Origin: Octopus sinensis
Taxonomy: Eukaryota
Assembly: GCF_006345805.1 (NCBI RefSeq)
Contig: NC_042998.1
Location: 95,046,001 to 95,110,000 of the forward strand
Direction of reading: 5' to 3'
Length of the DNA: 64,000 nt
Shown here in pieces: positions 36,110 through 64,000 of the stretch. Each line of letters opens with the position of its first letter. Positions within the stretch are counted from its first letter, which is position 1. A model generated the notes under the pieces. The model searched no databases. It had not been told where the DNA came from and worked only from the letters and a program-made list of their open reading frames with translations. The position numbers and the translations under genes are program-made.

Positions 36110-37319
36110 TGTGTGTGTGTGTGTATGTGTGTGTGTGCGTGTGCGTGTGTATATTTGTGTAATTTGATCTTTGTTAACTATCGGAAAAGTGAAATTCAGT
36201 CGTATGATATGATAAAAACATGTCTTCGCTGAAGAAGTTTAACAAGCCCCAAACACGTCCGGAGTGGTCACCATACTTACTCTAAAAACTCTTTAAAAGG
36301 GGTGGTGAGGTGATATAAAAAGTATTGCTATTAAAAGAAATAAAATGACACTCCCTAAGAAAAAAAGAAAAGCTTAAAAGGGGAAATGTTGTGGGGATAA
36401 TAGTAATAATGATACACCCGTCCCACGTGACCAGTGGTATGTGATAGTTGCTATAAATAATGTGATGTCGGTCAGTATAAGGAGAGGGTATGTAGTAGAC
36501 AGTCTTAGATAGTCGTGGTCTTTACTTGTCTCACTAACTATACTGCTATACCAGAGTGGGTGGTATAACAACCCGACTTAAGGATTACAAGTGAGTGTGT
36601 GTGTTTGTGTGTGTATGAGTGTATGTGTGCGTGTGTCGTATGTAGATGAGGTTATAGTTGAAGCGGTATCCTCATGAAGCACATGTGAACATTCCAGTAT
36701 TCCAAAATTGTATGTTGATGGTACAATTTATGAGACATGCATAAGAGTTAAAAACTTCTCTGTAATGAATTTCAAATAGATGTCTCACATTTTTTTTTTT
36801 TTTTTTTACATGTATACCTTTGCAACTCCTATTAAAATATGAATCATGTGTAACGCGGAATGAATAATGCCCAAAAAGTTTTCCTATATTATATATATAT
36901 ATATATATATAATTCGTTTTTAACTGTAGAACTTGAAGTAGATAAAGTTGTAATAGCATGTAAATCGTCCTACTTCGAATCCTACAGTGAAAAAGAAATT
37001 GTTGCATGTCTCTCGAATTTTCTGAATTCTTATGACGCCAGCAGCATATAATTCTCGCTCGTAAAAAGAACGCTTATAAAATGGATAGAGAATTTCGAAG
37101 GATTGTTTTGATTCTATGGTAGAACGTTTGTCACGCTTACAGAAGTTGTGAGTTCGAGTTTTACACGCAGACTCCGGCTTTTTCTATCCCAAAAGATTCC
37201 TAAATTGTACATGCTATTATTTACAGCTTTATCTACTTCAAGCTCTCAAGTTAAAACGAATTATTTCATGTCTTTCAAAGTTTCTAAATGCTTTTGACAT
37301 ATACAATACATATGCGTAT

Positions 37320-37388
<69 letters not shown>

Positions 37389-37514
37389 ATATATATATCA
37401 CGTGATCACGTGACTGACCAGACCGTCAGATGTTGCAACACATCGCTGGTCACAATGCGTTCGCATTGTTTTAGTCTTCGAATGACGCCACCCTGCTGGC
37501 TAAGCGAGCAGGCC

Positions 37515-37624
<110 letters not shown>

Positions 37625-37650
37625 ATATTGTTATTATTATTATTATTATT

Positions 37651-40600
37651 GTTCTTCAGTAGTTTTATTTTTATAGCGTGCTTTCACTTCACTACCGAGC
37701 GCAGCTCTGTGTGCCTTGGGTATGTGCTGTGATTTGTTGTGATGCTCTGATGGTTACTGTATGGATAGTGTTCTGCCTAGGATGTGTGCAGTGCCTAGTA
37801 GTACAATTTTCTGTATGTTATATGTGTTTGTAAGTCCTGGTGTTTTTGTTATGTATTTGTCTGAATATTTTTTTATCATGCCTAATGCACCTACTATGAT
37901 AGGAATTGTTTCTGTTTTTACATTCCACATTCTGGTTATCTCTATCTCCAGGTCTTTGTATTTTGAAAGTTTCTCCATTTCTTTTAGAGACCCGTTGTCA
38001 TCTGCCGGTATTGATACATCAATTAGAAAGCATTTTTTTTCTTCATGATCTCTGACAACTATATCTGGTCTGTTGGTCTTAATTTCTCTATTGTGTGTAT
38101 CGGCATATCCCAGAGTATGGTTGCTTTCTCGTTTTCTGTGACCTTTTCTGGGGTGTGCCTATACCATCTTTTTTCTGTTGTTATTCCATAATGTTGGCAT
38201 AGCTTCCAGTGTATGTAGGTCCCAACTCTGTCATGTCTGTGAATATATTCCTTCTTAGCCAGGACTGGGCAGCCAGAGATAATATGATTTATTGTTTCTT
38301 GTCCATCTCCACATATTCTGCAGTTACTTGTTATATTTCTTTTCATTACATGTTTTTGGTAATTTCTGGTGGGGAGGCTTTGGTCTTGTGCTGCAATTAA
38401 AAATCCCTCTGTCTCTGCTTTGAGTCCTGAGCTTCTCAACCATTGCTGGGATTTTTCTTTGTCTATTTCTTTTGCATTTAGTTTAGTCCAGTATTTACCA
38501 TGAAGGGGCTTTTCTTGCCATCGTTTTATCATGGTTCTTTGCTGTTCTATTTTTAGTTTAGATTTCATTTGTTTTATAGCTTCTTCTTCTTCTTCTTCTT
38601 CTTCTTCTTCTTCTTCTTCTTCTTCTTCTTCTCTTCTTCTTCTTCTTCTTCTTCTTCTTCTTCTTCTTCATATTTGTTATGTGGTATGATTTCTTGTTTG
38701 TATTTGTCAGCTTCCTTAAATACTGAGAACAGTTTTTTGTTTTGCTCGTGTTTTGCCGCTATTTGTATCAGTTTTCCTTCCTTCTGAAGTAGATATTTTT
38801 GCAGTCCTGTGGTGGTTATTTTATAGTAGTTTTCCAGCTGTATAAGGCCTCTACCACCTTCTATACGTTGTATATATAGTTTTTTTCTATGTCAGATTTT
38901 GGGTGATGCATCCTAGATCCTGTCATTATTTTTCTTGTTTTCCTATCTATTTTAGTCAGTTCATTTAGTGTCCAGTTAAGGATATTGTAACTGTAACTTA
39001 TAACTGGGACAGCTAAAGTGTTAATACCTATTATCTTGTTTTTAGCATTGAGCTCTGTTTTTAGTATTGATCTAACTCGTCTATAATATTCTTTTTTTAT
39101 TTTCTCTTTCATTTGTGTGTGTTGTGTCTTATCTAGTTCATGGATTCCTAAGTATTTGTAAGTTTGGCTTTGGTCTAATTCTTTTATTTCATTGGTTTTA
39201 TCTAGTGTGATGTTGCTACTCTTAACTAGTTTTCCTCTTTTCAGGGTTACTTTGGCGTATTTTTCTAATCCAAATTTCATATCTATTTCTTTGGTAAATC
39301 CATGAACTGTCTTTAATAGTGTTTCCAGCTGTTTGTCATTTGCAGCGTATAGTTTTAGGTCATCCATATATAAAAGGTGGCTGATCGTTTTGCCGTAACA
39401 TTTATATCCGCATCCAGTTCTATTTAGCATATCAGATAGAGGTGACAGTGCCAAGCAGAAAAGGAGTGGAGAGAGCGTGTCTCCCTGGAATATTCGTCTT
39501 CTAATGGGGATGGCTTTGGCTTTGGCTTTCATGAGTCCCTCTTTTGTCTGGAGCTGTAGCACTGTTTGCCATTTATTCATAGAGTGTTCTATGAATTTTA
39601 TAATTGTTGGTGCTACTTTGTTAATGGCTAGTGTTTCGAGGATCCATGTGTGGGGGATGCTATCAAATGCCTTTTTGTAGTCGATCCAGGCCATACTGAG
39701 GCCTTTCTTCTTTCTGTGGCTGTCTTCAGTTATGGCTTTATTGATCATTAGTTGATCTTTACAGCCATATGAGTCTTTGCGGCATCCTTTCTGCTCTTCT
39801 GGAAACAGGTTGTTTTCGTCCAGGTGCTTGTTCAATCTTTGCGATATCACTGCAGTAAATGCCTTGTACATTGTAGGGAGACAGGTTATAGGTCTGTAGT
39901 TTTCTAGTTTTGCTGTCTCATTTGATTTCGGAATTAAGATGGTTTTCCCCTTCGTGAGCCATTCAGGCATTGTCTCTGGCTCTGCTAGTATGTTGTTAAA
40001 GTTTTCAGCCAGCTTTTTGTGCATTTTTGTTAGATATTTCAACCAGAAGTTGGGGATCTTGTCATGCCCAGGTGCCTTCTAGTTGCTTAGTCTTTGCAGT
40101 GCCTGGGTGACCTCTTCAGTTGTTATGGGGGTCCAAAGTTGCTCAGATGCTGAGTTTGTTGTTTTAATACTCCTTTTTTTTGGTTGTTCGTTCGCCGACC
40201 ATATTTCTCTCCAGAATTCTTCCACTTCTTCTGCCGTTGGTGCTGCGGTGATTTCTATTTTATTTTTGCCAAGTTCTTGGTAGAAATTTTTGAGGTTGGA
40301 GTTGAACTTTTTGTTTTGTTCAAAGAAACGTTGGCGTTTCTCGTTTCTCGTACCGGCGGATCCTTTGTGCTTTGGCAAGGATATCTTGCTTTAGCTTTTC
40401 TTTTATCTCAGGTAAATCTTTTTCTGTGATGTTGTATTTGCGGAGTATTTTTTTTGTTGCTCAGTAGCGTTGATTGTCTACTGATTTCATTAAGAATCGA
40501 CAGATCTTTTCTCATTTTTTGTATTTTGTTTTGGATGTTATTTATCCACAGGGTTTGTTTGGGTGGTGGTACTCCTGTTTGGATGGGTTTGAGTGAGTAT

Positions 40601-41804
40601 CCAGCTTCTTTTGTGGCTGCAGTGGCTGCTGCGTATACTAAGTCATTTAGCTCAGTGATATCGCTTTTTTGTTTCAGTGGCTATTAGTTTATGCTGTTTA
40701 TAATTGGTGTTGTTGTTTTGTCTATTTTGATTTTTGGGAGGTATGGTCGGTGGTTCATTTTGAGCTCTGTGGTTTTCAGTTCTTTGATTATTCTACTTTT
40801 TATATTATCATAATCATTAGGCTCCCCTTCGTTGTTTCCAGGTTTTAGATTTGTGTCACTTTCTTTCTCATTTGTATGTTTGTTTGTCGTGTTTTGGCTT
40901 GCTGTTTGTCGTGTATTATTATGCATCCTTACGGTCTAGGTTTGTTGTTTTTTATTTACATCGTGTTTGTTGGGAATGTTACATTTGTCTTCGTGTTTTT
41001 ACTGTTTCAGTGTTTATATTATTGGGCCTTGTTGTGTGGCTTCTATCTACATTTTCCTGATGTATTTTTTCTTTTAAATGTTCTATTTTTATTTCTGATA
41101 TATTTTTTTGTGTTGAGAATGTATCTTCGTACGTTAGCTAGTTTATTAGGATTCATTGCTGTATCCAAGTCTATATTTATGTTATTTTCCTTTCATATTT
41201 TATATGTATATGTTGTTGTGTTTTCATCCTTTGGGTAGAGCACTGCTGTAAAGTAAGCGTGTAGGATAGAAATGTATTCCTCACGTGTCCATTTATGTCT
41301 TTTGGGTTTTATTTGCGGGACGTGAGGAACAACGTCCGGCCCATTATTTTGACGGTCGTCATTTTCGTAGGGTACCGGTCCGTTCATTTCTGTTGTCATA
41401 TTGTTTTGCACGTGTAGTTTTTCGTGCATTTTATGTTGTAAGTTTAAAGTACGTACTTCCCGATTGTTATTCTTGGGTTGAATAATATCAGTGTTATTTA
41501 ATTTCTTCGTAGTTTTTTGTACATGGTGTTTGGGGTCGGGGATGATCTGGTGTTGATGGAACGTAATGTTCCACGCATGTTTACATGTGTTGTGTTAGAG
41601 GTGAAGATGATATCGAGTTAAAATACATCATTTCGTTTCGAAAATAGTAATAAATTTCAATGAGTATTACTTACTCGGATATAGTCCAATCCTTTGTCAG
41701 TAAATTTTTGGCTCCATACGATGTCTTTGTTTTCGATGTTTGTGGATAGATTTCGGAGCACTGTTTTATCGTTCTCACATCTTAAACTTCCCCGGTGTTC
41801 TCTC
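37651..41804 (-). mobile_element. Near full-length, disrupted R4/Dong-clade non-LTR retrotransposon flanked by (TAA)n
   Basis: N-terminal KRHKWTREEY Myb-like motif; 393-aa RT stretch (YRPITCLPTMYK, AWIDYKKAFDS, FQGDTLSPLLF, YMDD); CRICG..H..SGC knuckle, HDRV, ILWD, KYKDL..E..RMW endonuclease; (TTA)n at 37631-37650 and 41805-41859. Confidence 0.9.
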
Positions 41805-41859
<55 letters not shown>

Positions 41860-42319
41860 CTGGGTAATATAAATAGTTGATTATAACAACAACAATAATA
41901 TAAGTGGTTATATATATCAGGCACGTGCCGTCAATTATTACTCAGGGTAGGCAGTTGGTGATCTTTATGTAGTAAAACATACGAAAAATAAGCGAAGCAC
42001 AGGCAAGCGACTGAGTTGAAGGCAGATTTACTTCTGCCTTTATAGCACGTAAAGAAAACGATGTTATAGGAGTGTACGCAGCACGTGTACTACAGCAGTA
42101 CTATGCATAGCTTAAATACTGAGATTGAAAAGCAAGGGCGAATTATGCCTACCTAATCTACAAAAACATAAAATATTTTGCATTTTATGCACAGTAATCA
42201 GAGTAGACTTCAAAATTTTATTGAATTAGGTGCATTTTTTGCCATAAAAGGAAAATGTAGCGATCAGTTTATTTTATTCAAAGCAGGCACTGCCTATCTT
42301 GCCTACCTAGGCTGCACAT

Positions 42320-42598
42320 CCTTACGAAACCAGAAGTGAAGATGGCTATGTCTACAAGACAGAAAAGTACGCCGACTTGGCCAGAGACCTGAGGGACGCT
42401 GGATTCAAAGCCAAAGTCTCCATAGTCGAGGTTGGCGTCAGGGGATTTGTAGGCTCATCTGCTTACAGCCTCATGAAACAGCTGTCCATCTCTGGAAGAA
42501 GCAGGACTAGAACCTTGAGTGCCATGGGAGAAGCGGTGGAGAAGGCTTCAAGTTGGATCTTGTCTAGGAGGAACAAAGGCCAACTTCAGAAAGCTTAA
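42320..42598 (+). mobile_element. 3' end of a HERO/NeSL-like non-LTR ORF (restriction-like endonuclease C-terminus)
   Basis: PYETRSEDGYVYKTEKYADLARDL..GF.....VEVGVRGFVG...AVEKASSWILSRR-stop. Confidence 0.7.
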
Positions 42599-42959
42599 TT
42601 TGTTCCAATTCAAGCGAGTGCCAGATTGGCGTAATCGTGTAGGCTTGCGCCTCCGGAGCCAGCGATCCGGGTTCGAATCCCGTTGGGACCGTGAGAAAAA
42701 AGAATCCTCACACCTGGGTCGCCAGTGTATCCAGCTGGAAACGAGTACTTAGCTCTTCTCAGGGCTGCAGCACACGTCACAGCTGTGCTAGAAACCAGAG
42801 AAACCAATCCCACCCGAGGCGTACTAAAACGGACAGCAGATGGACATCCGGGACCCCGCTAGAGTGTCAGGAGTTAAGGGCCGAAACACTTCTCCTCTGA
42901 GGACCACCTGCTGTTACGCTCTCCCCGTGTTTTTTCCCCTATATATATATATTGAAATT

Positions 42960-43290
42960 CTACCACAACCACCACGCTCACTACGACTGCTTTCACTATC
43001 ACTACTACTACAACCACCGTGGTCACTACTATTGCTGCTACGATCAACAGTCCTCTACTACTGCTGCTGCTACGGCCACAGCTAAACTGCTACAACCCCA
43101 ACCACCACCACGGTTGCCAAAACTACGACCAACAGTAACTGCTACTACTGCCATTTAAGCCACTGGACATACTGCTGCTGCTAGGACTGCCACAACTTAG
43201 CCGCCACAACCAATAAGCTGCTGCAACCCCAACCACCACCACGGTTACTACTACTACGACCAACAATCACTACTGCTGCTACTATTCCAT
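42960..43290. repeat. C/A-rich low-complexity tract with a duplicated unit of about 135 bp
   Basis: ctgc(t)acaaccccaaccaccaccacggtt occurs twice (about 43090 and 43220). Confidence 0.7.
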
Positions 43291-45467
43291 TGGAACACAA
43301 GGAAACAAAAAAAAAACAAGCACGCGGTTCCTTTTGATACCAGCAAGAAACAATAACGAACTTCTTTACTACACTCAACTATAATATAGCGATTATACCA
43401 ACTACCGACAAAACACCACCACATGGATTCTATTGAGACCAGTAAGAAACAATTATGAACTTTTCTATTGCACTTTTCTTTCTATAATATTTTTGATAAG
43501 GTTCGTTTTTTCAAGAACCGAAACATGTAAAATTCATAAGAAAATTAAAAGTTATCTAATATAGTGGCGTTTTCAAACTTCTTTTTACAAATATATACCC
43601 ACTCGTATACGATCTACTCTTATTATAAATATGTATGTATATATATATACATATATATATATATGTATATATACATATACACACACACATACATGCATCC
43701 ACCCATCCACCCATCCATCCATCCATCCATCCATCCATCCATCCATACATACATACATACATACATACATACACACACACATACAGAATGAGAGAGGCAG
43801 AGAGGTGAATGAATAAGAAGTGTGACAAAAAGCAAGAGAGAGCATCAGCGATCTATATTGAGTAATCAGAGTTTAAGCAATCACTTTTTTTTTTATAAAG
43901 AAAACATTCATAAATGTAAATATTTCGTAAGCATTGAGAATTAAACGTCAATCATTAATTAATGATTAATATTCGTAATTTCTCAATAAGTTTCATTTCG
44001 AGGATTTACGATGTACCATAGAATCGGTTTCCGTTCTTGAGGATTTTAACGGTGGTTTAGTTCCATTTAGTCTAATCCCATTTAGTTTAATGCCATTCAG
44101 TTGCATTTGTTTGCCGAAAAGTGTACTGATAGATTTTGACTTTCTGAAATGACAAAAGAAATAGTATTTTTAATAACTCATGGATTTGTTATTACATTCA
44201 TGACAAAATAAAGAAATGTATGAAAATTGATATTTTCTTATGGTTTGTAATACAACCCAAATAGTTTCACCAGAAAATGTTTAACTGATAAAATCAGCGT
44301 CCGCAATTTTCTAATGTAGTCCAAAAACACTGAGAGAAATTTATAAGTAATTTATATATTATAAAATATTTATAACAGTTCAGTTAACAGCATTATTAAA
44401 GGCCAAGTTACATGTCTCTTTTTTTCTGCCACGCTATAGAAATGAGGAAAGAGAAAGCAATGATTGCGCTGAGAAAGGTGGAAAAAAGAGAAAGAAAATA
44501 TTACAAAGAGAGCTGAATTAAATTGACAGTTGTGAGATTGACCAGTGCAGAAGTGAGAGAAAGAGAAAATAGCCAATAGTCTCTCAGCAAGCGAATCATG
44601 CAGTCTGGTAATCAGATAGTGAAATATAAGGAAGAATAGAAGAAAAGGCGAAGGAGAAAGAGATGGTTCGCACAAGAAAGAGGTGGAAAGAAGACTGATA
44701 GAACTTTTGGAAAAAAAAGGGGGGGTTAAAGTTAAAATGATAAAACTAAGATATAGAAAGTGTGCGAATAATAGAGAAAATGATATTTAAGTATGTATAT
44801 GTGCATAGTGAGGTAGACAATGGGAAGCGGAAAAAAATTTAATGGTGAGAAAACAAAGGGTGGGGTTGGGGTTAGTTGGTTACATTGATCTCAATGTTCA
44901 ACGAGTACTTATTTTATCGACCCAGGAAGGATGAAAAACAAATTTGACTCCACTAGGGTTTTTATTGCATATCAAGGCGACGAACTAGCAGAATTGTTAC
45001 TGCGCCGGGCAAAATTCTTAGCGGCATTTCGTTTGTCTTTACATTCTGAGTTCATTGTTATCGGGGTCGATAGAATAAGTACCAGTTGAGCACTGAGGTG
45101 AACGTAGTCGATTAATCCCCTCCCCAGAAATTGCTGACCTTGTGGCAAAAATTTGAAACCAAAAAAAATTTTACTGTATATTGCTCTAACTCTCACTCAC
45201 ACATACTATAATGTACTCACATGTCTTTCTACTAGAGGCACAAGGTCTGAAATTCTAGGGAAGGGGACTTGTCAATTACATTGAACTCAGTACATGACTG
45301 GTTCTTATTTTATTGATCTCAAAATGATGAAAAGCAAGGTCGACCTCGGGGGAATGAAAAGCAAGGTCGACTCGGAATGTAAAACCAAAAGAAATGGTTG
45401 CTAATGATTATGCTAGCTCGCCGCCTTAATAATCTCCTAATATAATAATGAGCGTAGTGTTTATATA

Positions 45468-45498
<31 letters not shown>

Positions 45499-45614
45499 GC
45501 AATTAAGGACAACTACTTAATAAGGAAAACTTAACAAGAAATTGTCAGGTAGATAGCGTAAAAACCTCATAAGAGAAAAAATTTCGAAAATAATTATTTC
45601 TTATTGAACATATT

Positions 45615-45795
45615 AATTTATATATAGAGGGCATTATACATACATGCCAGAAGGCATTATACATACATGCCAAACGCTAAGAGGGACAATTAGTCATTTC
45701 TACCATTTGGTAGAAATGACTAATTGTCCCTCTTAGCGTTTGGCATGTATGTATAATGCCTTCTGGCATGTATGTATAATGCCCTCTATATATAA

Positions 45796-45798
<3 letters not shown>
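45615..45798. repeat. Perfect palindrome, 91-bp arms, 2-nt loop
   Basis: 45615-45705 is the exact reverse complement of 45708-45798. Confidence 0.95.
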
Positions 45799-45867
<69 letters not shown>

Positions 45868-46259
45868 GTATGTATATATATATTGGTCCAGAATCACGTT
45901 GGACGCAGAGGAGGAGAGAAAATAGTAATTCAGTGAAGGAGAAGTAGTGAGAGTAATAACCCTGACTGAGGAGGAGTGAGAGAAAGTAATAGCAATGAGA
46001 GAAAGGAAGGGGTGATAGATTAATAAGGAAAGAAAGAAGGGATAAAAACATCAGCGTTTAAACTTTGTGTGAGTATATGTGAGTGTGTGTGTGTGTGTGT
46101 GTGTACAAGGGAAGTACGTGAATGTTTGTATATATGATTATTATGTACCTTATTTTGTACCTTATTTATATATAAAATACAACAATTAGCCGTCATTATT
46201 GACGGGACGTGGTCAGCTGGTGTACTAAGATTAAACAATTTAAAGCAAATACCCAATTT

Positions 46260-63846
<17,587 letters not shown>

Positions 63847-64000
63847 CTGCGTAAATAGAAAAAAGAACCCCGTTAATTATATAAAATATTAATAGAGCTA
63901 CATAGCAATGTATGTAGATATTCAGTCTCAGCATGCTTGAAGATGATTTTTAACACATTTACACGCATTTAACTACTAAACCATTTGGTAGTGAGCAAAT

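Noticed and set aside
36220-36262. CTGAAGA...CAAACACGTC as a decayed hammerhead
   Set aside because: GAAA is absent and the stems cannot be supported.
42618-42690. Functional tRNA gene
   Set aside because: Acceptor and anticodon stems do not pair; it is tRNA-derived only.
44370-44675. Pyrimidine-rich minus-strand ORF as a further terminal exon
   Set aside because: Low complexity; the 46260-46393 exon already ends in a stop. Use of the GT at 46263 cannot be excluded without RNA data.

Overview
AT-rich, repeat-dense animal genomic DNA. The SINE/LINE repertoire suggests an octopus (inference). Two spliced minus-strand genes were reconstructed by hand from GT-AG sites and codon phases. (1) LETMD1: 8 coding exons from 28454 down to 6412, about 340 aa, with a mitochondrial-presequence-like N-terminus; the short last exon was not found. 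(2) The 3' part of an unnamed FN3-domain gene: 8 coding exons from 63846 down to 46260, continuing beyond the right edge. The intergenic 30.9-42.9 kb holds decayed CRE-, Penelope-, R4/Dong- and HERO/NeSL-like retroelements. Introns carry tRNA-derived SINEs, RTE LINE 3' ends, a deleted mariner, a non-autonomous Helitron and a 28S rRNA fragment. The most striking signal is five minimal hammerhead-ribozyme motifs of three sequence types. One type sits in an element built as tRNA/Pol III head + (AAT)n + hammerhead, which occurs fused to a Penelope ORF end and also as a foldback pair in a LETMD1 intron. A perfect 184-bp palindrome lies just downstream of the FN3 gene stop codon. Most short ORFs in the supplied track are microsatellite or SINE artefacts.
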